Positions 9,626 through 19,470 of a DNA stretch of 20,000 nucleotides are shown one piece after another; the stretch's first letter is position 1; each line of letters starts with the position of its first letter. The stretch lies in assembly GCA_003971905.1 (NCBI GenBank), contig RSEE01000056.1, forward strand, positions 430,026 to 450,025, in the 5' to 3' direction. The notes beneath the pieces were generated by a model that was given only the letters and a program-made list of their open reading frames with translations, was not told the DNA's origin and did not search any database. The position numbers and the translations under genes were made by a program. This DNA is from Moniliella sp. 'wahieum'. Lineage: Eukaryota.

Positions 9626-12182
9626 ATGCTGCTCCCCGGCGCTGTGCGCATGCCGCCGCCGGCCCTGGGCAGCCCGCGCGTGCGCATGCGCATCCACTCC
9701 TCCCGGCCCACTCCCACCCGCCTTGCGCCCCCCTTCGCCCGCTCCATCAGCGACTCGTCCCTCACCCCGGCGGTGGCCGTCGCGGATGGCGCGGTGCCCT
9801 GCAACGCACCCCCTGCCCACCGTCCTCCTCCCCGCCCTTGAACCCTTCCTCGTCCTCCGCCTCTCAACCGCCCTCTCCCGATCCGCTGCCAGAGCTCGGC
9901 GCGCTCGACAGTCGGTCATGGAAAAATTACGTCGGCAAGGTGACCGCGTCCTTGTCGCAGCAGAGACACAGCCGTCCGGCCGCGCTGCGTGTACATCCGT
10001 GTACGCTCAGCTTCTAACCGTCTCGGGACGACCAGTCAACTCGAAACCAGTTCGGCTCTGAGGAGCTTCCGCCCCCTCCCCCTCGCCCCGTGGCCCCTGT
10101 ACAGCCTAAGAGCAAGCGCAAGAGCGCCAAGGCCAAAGCCCATGCCGAGGCCATGGCTCGGGACCAGCAGAAGGCCAGGGAGAAGGCCCTGGCTCGCGCA
10201 AAGGCCCATGCCGAGGCACAGGCTGAAGCTCTTGCTAAGGCCCGGGCCCGGAAACAAGACCCAGCCATTGCCCAGGCCCGTGCCCGGGGCCTGGTTCGGT
10301 CCCTGGCTCGGACCCAGGCTGCGGCCAGGGCTCGAGCCTTGGCCGTGGTCGTGGCCCGGACCCAGGCTCAGGCCCAGGCCGAGGCCAATGCGGCTCGTTC
10401 CGAGGAGTTGGCCAACGCCGCCTGGCAGGAAATTGACATGGACAAGGAAAATGGATTGATCATCCATCGGCCGAGGCCACGAGACGGATGATCCAGTCTC
10501 GACAGGACAACGTGCGGAATCGGCCCCGCATGGGTGCAGTCCGCGTTGGCAAGCAGATGGGATTCTGCTGGGACACGACTTATATCAGAACGGTGCTCGA
10601 GCAGGTGCCTTGGGGAGAAGCCAAGTCGTTTCCCACTACCGAAGAGGGGTTACAGCAGGCCCTCACCTGGCTCTCCATGCCCCCATCGACCGTGGGGCAG
10701 TCTTTTGCAGCACGCCATGTTTACTATGCCGTACGAGGGCCCAATGTGTGCGGGGTCTATCGGAACGGCGACGAGGCAGTGCAAATGCATCTTCAGAGAG
10801 GCGCAGAACTGCGTCGGTTCAAATCCTATCAAGAGGCCGTGTGGTGGTTGGAAGACGCGCCCGAAGCACCGGCATGGTGGAACATCAGTCCCAAGATGGA
10901 TGGAGCAACACAATTGTCACCCTCAGACAAGAAACACTTGTCATTACAAAAGTCTGTCGACCCGCCCATTCCGGGCCAATCGCCAGCGCAGAGGGGGCCT
11001 ACCTCGCCAAGAAACACGGAGAAATCGTCAATATGTTCAGGGAGGATGTGCGGGATGGCTTGGTGCTGGCGCTGTACGAACCCGAGGGGTGACCGACGGC
11101 AAAGTCAATGTCTGGTGCGATGGGTCTGGTTTGGCTATTGCCCATAACGTACGCGAAGCCGGATGGGGGGGCTGTACTTCCCTTCCTCATCGGGATTTGC
11201 GGCCTTGTCCGAGGCAGAGGGATCCCACGCCGTCTGACACCAAGCTCGTATCCCATGGCGGAGATGGTGCCAATTGGACGAGCGTGTCAACTTACCCCAC
11301 CCGATGTCCCCCTTCGCATCCACACCGACAGCCTCGCTTCCCTCGTGGCCCTATGGGGGTGGAGGAACTGTTGCAAAAGGGGGAAGATTGGGCCCAGGTC
11401 TTCAAGTTCGCCGAAAATTTTGCCAGTCCGGCGCGCTATGGACGCTGCGGATGATTCAACCCCGTTCCGAGTTCCCGGAGATGGTGTTCGTTCGCGGCCA
11501 TTGCGTGAGCATCGGCAATACTATCGCCGACGGGTTGGCCGGCCTCGGTTCACGCAAGGCCGGCGCCCTCCTGCGTTCGCAAGAAACCAGCGCCAGCACC
11601 ACGCTTTCCAAGACGGATGACGCACCAACCGAAAATGCGCCTGCAGATACGAAAGACCAGCATGGTGCACCAGCAGAGGATGCACCTGCGGAAACGAAAG
11701 ACCAATGGGGTGACATCTTTGCCGCGGTGGACCGAACCCCACCCGACATGAAGATGCTGATCGACATGGTACATGCATCTGAGGCTATGAAACAGCAGTT
11801 TGATCTTCGTATTCAAAGGAAACGGAGTTTGAGTGCGAGACGAAAAGAAATGCGAAATCAACTTCGACGTCTCGCCATTGCTCACTTTGTCGAGTCCCAG
11901 TCTCAGTTCCGCCCCAGTCTGCCCCGCCACCACAAGACAAAGTTGCTGCTACCCCCTCTCCCCGCCCCAAACTACTCCACCCAAGGTGGCCCCGTCCCAG
12001 GCTGCCCCGCCCCAGGCTGCCCTGCCGCCACAAGCCGAAGTTGCGGCCCCTTGATTGCGTCACTATGGAGCTCTACGCCCCACCGTTGGTGGACGGTGAG
12101 ACCGGCCTGGATGGAAACCGTCTTACTGTTCGGACCCAAGAAGGGGTATCGCCAGCGACCCGCATTCAAAGGCTGTGATTAG
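9626..12182 (+). CDS. RNase H1-like protein with two Cauli_VI-type hybrid-binding domains and an RNase HI domain; apparent frameshifts; start uncertain
   Basis: HBD-like segments GAVRVGKQMG...EAKSFPTTEEG (~10530-10670) and YYAVRGPNVCGVYRNGDEA...RRFKSYQEAVWWL (~10720-10850). RNase H motifs in order: VNVWCDGS (~11105-11128), AEMVPIGRAC (~11258), LRIHTDS (~11312-11332), FVRGHCVSIGNTIADGLAGLG (~11487-11550). Stop at 12182. ATG 9626 was chosen because it opens an Arg-rich, acid-free N-terminus. Confidence 0.8.
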
Positions 12183-13015
12183 GAGATACCTAGTCTCTAA
12201 AAGACGCACACCAATCAACAGCGAATGATAATCAAGTAACTACTGCTATATGGGCAAGAGAGTTAAGGGACGAGAAAGAAGGATAGGTGATGCATGATGC
12301 ATGATGCCAAATACGAGAGGACAGTATAACAGCGGACGGACAGGGGATACACCCTGGTGGTCTGCTGGTCTGCGCGGCGGCAACTCTAATAATAGGGTCT
12401 AGCTTTCCGTCATGTCTACGACTCAGGTACTCAGGCGATGCCACTAGGTAACGTGACAGCACTAGACCACAGAAGCGAAGGGGAAGAGGGGGGGGGTTGG
12501 CAGGAAAAACTTGGGATGGAGGAAAGGGAGCAGATGGATTGGATACATCTATTGGCAGACTTGTGGTATATGTGTACCTCTCAGAACTTGAAGGAAGGGG
12601 GCACAGTCGAGAGGTGGTCACAGGATCCCCCAACTGATGCAAATGGGGCCCATACGGGCCTAGTATGCCAAGGGCCCCATAGCATGGCATGAGTCTGACA
12701 GATATCATAAAATGGACCTCAGTGCTGCTCCAATACTATGAGACGCTCTCATCGCCCCCTTTTTCTTCTGTATATATTTTGTCTTACGTCGTTTGTAAGT
12801 GTCTTCGTCGCACCGATTTTTTTGACCTGACACTCCGCGACCGCTTCCTCGGGTGGTATAGATTGTACCTGTCGAGAGCAGGGATTACCAGAGAAGGTCA
12901 ATGGAGTTATTGGCATGTGGGAGGGTCCTATAACTGTGAACGCGAACTCCTGCCCATTCTTGCCATATGGATAGTTGAGCTGATCTGGCAGTCCGATTTC
13001 GAATTTCTTTGAATT

Positions 13016-13800
13016 CATATCATTGACAGAGCTTAAGGCTGGGGCAGGGGGAACGCTACGTCTAAACCGAACCGTTCATCTTGCGGGGGTTATTTGAAAG
13101 CGCCACTAAGGTCAAGGAACCAGGGGGATCGCTAGGATATCAGGACCCTCCGGCTCTCGCCATCCGGTCCCGTACCCTAAGAAGCGCGTGTGGACACGGA
13201 TGAACGTGGTTGACATCCGAGCGGGAACCATTTCCACTGAGACTTGGTAGCCAACTCCTTCCAATGCGCAAACAACTTGCCCGCTGTCTTGGGCCGTAGT
13301 ATCCTCGCGTCTTGAGTGCGTCCCTGGTACTTGGTGTTCTTGTCGCATTCTGCTTGTTCAAGCAGCCGAAGCAGTTCCTTCTCCCGGCGTTCCAAAGGCG
13401 ACGCAGTGCTCTCGTGCACCACCCGCCGGTACGCGCTCTGCGCCTCTTGCGTTCCCGTGTCGCGCAGCGTGTGGTCGACCTCCATTTCGGTTCCTCCCAG
13501 TGCTCCACCCCATCCGGTACGGTAGTCGGTGCGCTGTGCCCTCGATCCGTGCCTCGTCCCATCCTCGTCCTCCACCATAGGGTCGTTGCGGACGTGAGTG
13601 TCGGGGATGGAGCGTATGAGCTGGAGAATGGGCTCCCGCATTTCTTTTTATTTCGGCAGTTCCCGCTCTTCTTCCTATAGCTGTTGTTCGTCCAGCTGCT
13701 TCTCTGCATCTCAACTCCTCTTTCTTCCCCACGAGCAATTGAAGCTGAGCTGCTACATTTCCAACCCTTTTGTCTCAACTCTGGTATTTTCCCATTTGCC
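13016..13800 (-). mobile_element. Degenerate 3' fragment of a non-LTR retrotransposon with restriction-like endonuclease (CRE/Cnl1/MoTeR-like), including its 3' UTR
   Basis: Minus-strand ORF 13177-13641 reads RNDP...RTDYR...G...EVDHTL...LLEQAECDKNTKY...KTAGKLFAHWKE...WKWF, then in another frame RMSTTFIRVHTRFLG. This matches the R-x-D...D...K-x-x-K-Y layout and C-terminus recalled for fungal CRE-clade RLE domains. Upstream GKW...NVAAQLQLL...C may be a decayed zinc-knuckle region. No RT domain seen. Related pieces recur at 17970-18949. Confidence 0.65.
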
Positions 13801-14957
13801 TTAAGCACCTGAAGCTCGACCGTGACAGAGGATGTACACCGGGGGGTCATGCCATTGATGGGTCAACTATATGTATGTTGACCTCTTCTATATTGCGCTA
13901 TATAACGGAAAAAGAGGATGAACTCGCCTTGATACCCTTCACAGCTCACCTTCCGTTCTCGTGCACAGGCATGGCATCATTGCATATGTACCATTGCCCC
14001 CACCATTTTAAGGATTTCGATGAAACACCACCGTAGTGATGGTACTGAAACTCCCTTTCACCCATACAAAATGAGGCCTGCAACCACCAAGACAATCGGT
14101 AAACAACAGTCGATCAGCATAGGCGCGTTTACAATGGGAGAGAGGCACTCGAATTCAAAAACTATAACATTATGCCCGATTCATTCTGCGTCGCGTCGAC
14201 GGACAATTGCTCTACCTATGGCATTCCAATCCCGATGTTTTTGGCAGAAGAGGTGCACAACCAATCATCTCACTCTAACTGCTTGTGCATCTGCAGAGCA
14301 TTATGACGGTAACAATCAGAGAGTAACAAAAGAAGCATAATGTGGAAAGGCCGGTAAAGACGCCGCGTCTCTTTGTGTTTCCTGATAGCCTCAGAACAAA
14401 AAGAATAAAAAGGGTGAAGGTGTATGAGATGCCATGGGGGTCCACAGCTATACGGGCACCCACTAATTGTCTTTTTGAAGGGGATTAGTTGCCTTTGGGT
14501 CCTTGCTCATCCTCCGTTCTCACTCCATCCAACTAAGAAGGAGGATACATACGAACATATCCACCCAATTTTGGCAACTATACTCTACTTAGAGGAGGTA
14601 GCACTGTGGGAGGAGGAGCGGGCCCTTGCCTACCGCTGTTGGCGTCGTACCCGATGGATGGCGTGCACATGTGCCTAAGGGGTCTGGCTGGTACACTATC
14701 CTTACTATCTACTTCTGGTACGCTTACTATGCGAGTGAGAATGGGTTGGGTCAGTCTGCCGGATCTGACGGTGCCAGGAAATTAGGAATACCTGGGGTTT
14801 GGTGCGGTCACCGGTCACCGGTCATTATTCAATGCAGTCTTTGTTAGTCAGACGCAGGGAAGCACGGCGTACCACCCGGATTTGCACGTTTCAAATATCC
14901 AGCTCAGAGACACTGGCACACTCCTAAGCCTGCTCTTTGCACTGCCCCCATGCTCTG

Positions 14958-14989
14958 TAGGGTTTGCCGCAGCACCAACTATTAGGGTT
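14958..14989 (+). promoter_or_regulatory. Two telobox/Tbf1-like sites upstream of RPS30
   Basis: TAGGGTTT at 14958-14965 and TTAGGGTT at 14982-14989, 65-96 bp upstream of the start codon. Confidence 0.45.
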
Positions 14990-15053
14990 GTCTGTTTCTT
15001 ATCGCTTCGTGTGGCGTCTGCTGGGCGCCTGCATCTCCACCAACCAGTTGAAG

Positions 15054-15470
15054 ATGTACGTGCCCCGCTCCCCTCCCGCCTCTTCCTCACACTGGCTACG
15101 TTGAGCCCCCCTGCTCGGGTACGCTGCGGCCGGCGCTCCGTTGGCCAGGTGGAAGGATGAGGGAAATACCGGGACATGGCCATGAGAGCTTGAGGCTGAC
15201 TGCTTGGCGACTACAGGGGCAAGGTTCACGGTCTCTCGCGCGTGCCGGCAAGGTGAAGGGTCAGACGCCCAAGGTCGAGACCTCAAGAGAAGAAGAAGCT
15301 GCCCAAGGTCGTGCGAAGAAGCGCCTGCTCTACACTCGTCGGTATGTCCTCCCTCTCTGTTTGAAACGTTGCCCCCCTTTGACGGGCCGTGTGTGCTGAC
15401 CTGTCTACGTCAGCTTTGTCAACGCCACTCTGGCTCCTAACGGCAAGCGCCGCATGAACCCCACACCTAA
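15054..15470 (+). CDS. RPS30: 40S ribosomal protein S30 (eS30), three exons: 15054-15055, 15217-15341, 15414-15470
   Basis: Spliced and indel-corrected product [59 protein letters not shown]. Intron 1 15056-15216 (GTACGT...GCTGAC...CAG); intron 2 15342-15413 (GTATGT...GCTGAC...CAG); probable stop TAA at 15468-15470. Confidence 0.95.
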
Positions 15471-16230
15471 GCACGCAAATCCTACTCGGTTATGGTTGGG
15501 ACGTTGTTCGTTATCGGGCGCCAGATCCCACAACGACTCTCCAGACTGCAGACGTTCAGCCCCTCGCCCCCAGGAGAGCCCTTTCAGGACTGTTCTTCCC
15601 GTGCACCCTTTTCCCTTGTTCCGGGCTGAAATGCACGGTGACCGATTTATCTCGCATTATCGCGTTATCGTCGGTCTTGATTCGGGGCTAGACAAGGGGT
15701 GGTGGGAGAGTGGGCTGCGTTGACTCCCTCCCCCGTTGGCGCGGTAGCATACGCCTTGCAACACCGATTGATGCAAGATAGCTTCCCAGTTGGAATAAAA
15801 CCATTGGTCAAGCTTCGCTGAATTAGCTGCGCCCTTTTTGCATGTTAGGTAGAGCTAATATATAGTAGGACAGGAGTAATGGCCCTTGGTCGCTAAGAAG
15901 GCCAAACAGAAGGAGGAGTGCAGGCACTCGATACCGAGTATTCGCACTATGCATCCATCATCACTCTCTTCGGCATGGAAGGGAATGTGCGCACTCCCTA
16001 TTTGTGAACGTTGAGCTCAGGCTCAGTAATCTGATGTCAAACGCCTCTGCCTCGAATCTAGGCCATTCGCACCAAGCTATGTCTCGTTTATCGACTGTCT
16101 CGATTATCGATAGTCTCACACACTCGGGAATCAGAATATCGGCATGCATGCGAACAAGAACGAATTAAGCGATGTGTGCCTATGAGGGAACCAAGAGGGG
16201 AGGAGGGGAAGTGGATGACAGGGCAGATAC

Positions 16231-17385
16231 TTATGCGACTGTTGGGACGTACTTGGCATAGACCTGGTGCACCTTCTACGCAGCTCATTCTTGCGCTCTT
16301 CGGAGCACCACGAGCCCTCGATGCCGTTGAGGGCGATGGCACGCCATTGGTCGTACGTGAAGCAAAGCGAGTGTGAACGATAAGATAGTTTGTCGAGGAT
16401 TGTAGCCACCAAAGTAGGGGGGTCGTCCGAATTGATGGAGAAGGCCACGTCTTTGGACACGAACAAGTCGATCGGAAGCTCCGCCACATCCTGCACGACC
16501 CGCAACTTCACGTTGGAAGGGGACAAAGCGAGAGGAGCGTCTTGTCCTTGGCAAGACGTGCAATAAGCGCTTCGTCCTGCTTGCTGTTGACACCATGGTC
16601 AATCCGCATCACGCTCAGGTCATCCAGTGCCGAGGTCACGTAGGTGTGGTCGCCTTCCTCGCCAGCGTGCGCCGTGAGGAAGACAGTAGGGTGGCGCTCG
16701 CGCACCGCCTCGTAGCATGCCACAAAGAGCTGCGGGGGGAATGGCTTTTCGGATGAGTCCAGTCCTAGACCGTGAATCACACCCTCTCGTACCACCGCCC
16801 AGCAGCGTCGATGGTTTGCAAGCCATGCTCGGCGGGCAGGTGCCGGAGGATGCAGAGGATGAGGCGGGTGCTCATGCCATACTGAGTCGCCGCATCGCGA
16901 CAGGCAGCATCAAACCCGCGCACGACCGTGTCGAGGTGAACGCCGCGCTCGGTGTGCGCTTGCGGATCAAAGAAGACCTCGGCGTGGTGGCAACCGTCGG
17001 CCGAAGCACGCGCAAAATAGGCCATTGCCAGCTCGTAAAAGTCGGCCTCTTGGAGAAGGACCGACATGCTACATAGTATGCTGCCAGAAAGTCGTCCCTG
17101 GAGAACAGGAGCAATGTCAGGGGGTGTGTACGACAGAGAAATAGAAGTGGGTGGAAGCTAAAAACGGAAAGAGGAAACGATACGTACAGGTCAGCAAACT
17201 GATCGTACTTTTCCTTGCAGGCTGCGACCGTCTTGGGGAAGTGGTCAGGAAGGACGACGTTGTACGCTCGGCCAGCTTGAAGACGAGTTCCGGCTCAAGC
17301 GTGCCTTCGAGATGGAGGTGGTGCTCGCACTTGGGCAGCTCAGTGAGGAAGCTGCGCATGTTTGCGCGCATACGTGCTTGGCCAT
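16231..17385 (-). CDS. AAH1: Adenine deaminase (adenosine/adenine deaminase family), one intron at 17098-17187
   Basis: LPKCEHHLHLEGTLEPEL; FADL^DDFLAAYY across a GTACGT...CTGAC...CAG intron; HAEVFFDPQAHTERG; CILRHLP; GLGLDSSE; LTAHAGEEG; RIDHG; SINSDDP; AIALNGIEGSW; probable end QVYAKYVPTVA* at 16231. Start is ATG 17385 or a nearby downstream ATG. Confidence 0.92.
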
Positions 17386-17399
17386 GATAGGAGAATGCG

Positions 17400-17560
17400 G
17401 GAGAGAGCAAGTGGGAACAGGGGGAGCAGGGAAAGGTGGGTTCGGGGAGGAGGTGGTGGTGGAGGAGGAGGAGGAAGAGGAGGTGGAGGTGGAGTAGGAG
17501 GAGGAAGAGGAGGTGAGGTGGAGTAGGAAGTAGGAAGTGGTGGTGGTGGAACAGGGGAAG
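17400..17560. repeat. Purine-rich low-complexity tract (GAG/GTG/GGA) directly upstream of AAH1; pyrimidine-rich on the AAH1 sense strand
   Basis: Runs such as ggaggaggaggaggaagaggaggtggaggtggagtaggaggaggaagaggagg. Confidence 0.7.
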
Positions 17561-17969
17561 CTGTCGGCGTAATTTTTTTTCCTATGGGTTCCTAGTTCAG
17601 CCTCTTGGGCAGTTGGTCAGTGTGCGAGGCAAAGTAGTGAGGGTCCAGGTCCGATGTCGGCCGATATCGCATTTCAAACTACAATCAGAAACGACATGAA
17701 AAAATATCGAGCCTCCACCGCTATCAGGCCGCGCGTGGTGTGGCGAGTTACTTGCTAGAGGGGGGAAGGCCGGGAAGGGGAGAGGAGAGGGATTGTGAAT
17801 GGATGTCGAACCATGGGGTGTCCTTCCACCTTCTGTGTCTCTTCGTGCCTGCGAGCCCCCATACGCTTTCTCGCTTCTCTCGCTATTATCCACGTTTCGC
17901 GCAGCCACAACAGGCAAGATGATGGCAACTGGTTGTTTTTTGATGTCTCTCTGTAGAAGCGGTGGTTGT

Positions 17970-18100
17970 GTAGATCACCACCCTCACACCACCAGAGTGT
18001 AAGCCGCGCTTGCAATGGAAGTACGCATTCTTTCGCACCGAAGGCTTCGACTGTTGCAACAAGCCGAATCCGACAAGAACGCCAAGCCCTACAGACGCAA
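17970..18100 (+). mobile_element. Fragment of the same RLE retroelement family, endonuclease region
   Basis: 18045-18086 matches the reverse complement of 13330-13371 at 35/42 nt (LRLLQQAESDKNAK vs LRLLEQAECDKNTK). A VDH/TL motif sits at ~17970 across a 1-bp indel. Confidence 0.7.
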
Positions 18101-18459
18101 ATGTGTCACGGGCCGACGATTAAGTCGCCCCACAAACCCACCTCCACTCCCTTGTCGTCGTTCTCGCTTCTCGGCTTCTCTCCCTATCACTAGATCACTA
18201 CTCAAGTTCTCTACCATTCGTTATCTTGACTCTCGGATCAGGGAAAACCCATAACAATCGTCTCTTTTCCGCTCGCGCTCTTCGTCTATTTTGACTAGGC
18301 TTCTGGTCCCGTTTCTCGTCACGGGTCCTCTTTGGCCTCTTGACCTCGCATCGTCCCTCCCACCGTGCCTTTCGTACTTGGTTCTCACTTTCCCCTTGAT
18401 TCGTTTCCCTTTTTCGTGGACACCTACTGTTGGTCTTTCCATTGTTTTCTCTCCTTTCT

Positions 18460-18580
18460 GTATCCATATCAGTAACAGAGCTTAAGGCTGGGACAGGGGA
18501 AACTCCACGTCGAAACCGAACCGTTCATCTTGCGGGGGTTAATACTTGGAAGCGCCACCAAGGTTAAGGACCAGGGGGGA
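18460..18580 (-). mobile_element. Second copy of the retroelement 3' terminal ~115 bp (same orientation as 13016-13128)
   Basis: About 10 mismatches and a few gap positions by hand alignment; 29-nt identical core AAACCGAACCGTTCATCTTGCGGGGGTTA at 13064-13092 and 18513-18541. Confidence 0.85.
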
Positions 18581-18769
18581 AACTTGTCTGTTCCTAGATC
18601 TAATTGTGATGGCTAACACACCTTTTCCTTTCCCCTCAGCCTTTTTCTAGGCAAACTTCAATCCAGAAGAACCACCTTTCCGATCAGCTCGCTTGCCCTC
18701 CCTCGCCCATCGGAGCTCACCGCTTTGTCCGGCCCCTAACGTAAAATCCTTACAGACGTTTCCTGGTTC

Positions 18770-18949
18770 TGCCCGACGAACAGCAAAGCACACTATACTC
18801 GCGACTCTCACCTATGTCCACGCCAGTTTTCCTTGGACTTTGGTTCTGAAACGCGTCCAGTCCCCGGAGTTTGGCTCCCTTGTGCAAGGAAGGTCTCCGC
18901 CACGCAGGTTTTTTCATTCCTCAAGCTCTGTAAATGATGATATGAATAC
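18770..18949 (+). mobile_element. Strongly decayed plus-strand copy of the retroelement C-terminus and 3' end
   Basis: RRTAK...LAT/TLTYVHA-FLG resembles KTAGK...LAT/TFIRVHTRFLG. It ends in CCTCAAGCTCTGTAAATGATGATATGAATAC (18919-18949), compared with CCTTAAGCTCTGTCAATGATATGAATTC at the 3' end of the 13 kb copy. Confidence 0.5.
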
Positions 18950-19429
18950 GGTATGGCCCAGTTGCTCCACAGACGGTAAAAACCGCAGCGCCGCACACTG
19001 ATGCGCCCGCTTGCATATCATTGGAGTGGAGGTAGGGCCTGGTAGCGCACGAGGTCTTGCATCAGACCCTTCAAGCTTCAAAGCTTACCGGTTACTTCAT
19101 ATCTCAACCTCGCGTCTCTCGTATATCCGCTGTCGTCGACCGTCCGCAAATGAAATGTCCTGCCAATATAGGACTGATCCCTTCAAAGATTGACGAGGTT
19201 GACGCGTGACGGTCACGAGCTTCCTGCTCACGCGAGTGAGACCGGGGTGGCGAGAACGCAGAGCCTCTCTCTTCGGTCTCGATCTCTTCTTACTTCTCAG
19301 GCCCTTCAGGTTGAAGCGGACCAGACCAACTGACCAAACGAAGGTGGGGGCAGGCGCGGCAAGGTTGTGTATAACACGCCCCGCACCGAGAGGGCACGCG
19401 GGACCGGCTACTCCGGCTACTGGCGGTGA

Positions 19430-19470
19430 TTAGTGGCTAGGACTAGTGACTAGTGGGTAGTGGGTAGTGA
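19430..19470. repeat. Degenerate 7-bp tandem repeat (TAGTGGG/TAGTGAC/TAGTGGC)
   Basis: ttagtggctaggactagtgactagtgggtagtgggtagtga. Confidence 0.6.

Noticed and set aside
12232..13012. Short ORFs between the RNase H gene and the retroelement
   Set aside because: No recognisable motifs; the composition looks intergenic.
9626..13800. RNase H and RLE fragment as parts of one retroelement
   Set aside because: They are on opposite strands, convergent, ~830 bp apart, with no RT between them.
18163..18200. TCGCTTCTCGGC match to the 5' end of U2 snRNA
   Set aside because: Only 12 nt in a pyrimidine-rich tract; the branch-pairing GTGTAGTA sequence is absent.
18465..18580. Repeat as a hammerhead, twister or HDV ribozyme, tRNA or 5S rRNA
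   Set aside because: No complete core (CUGANGA...GAAA, twister pseudoknot partner, cloverleaf or 5S boxes) could be built by eye on either strand.
18460..18949. MITE bounded by ~28-bp imperfect terminal inverted repeats (18460-18487 and 18919-18949)
   Set aside because: No target-site duplication was seen, and both ends are better explained as oppositely oriented 3' termini of the retroelement at 13016-13800; not fully excluded.
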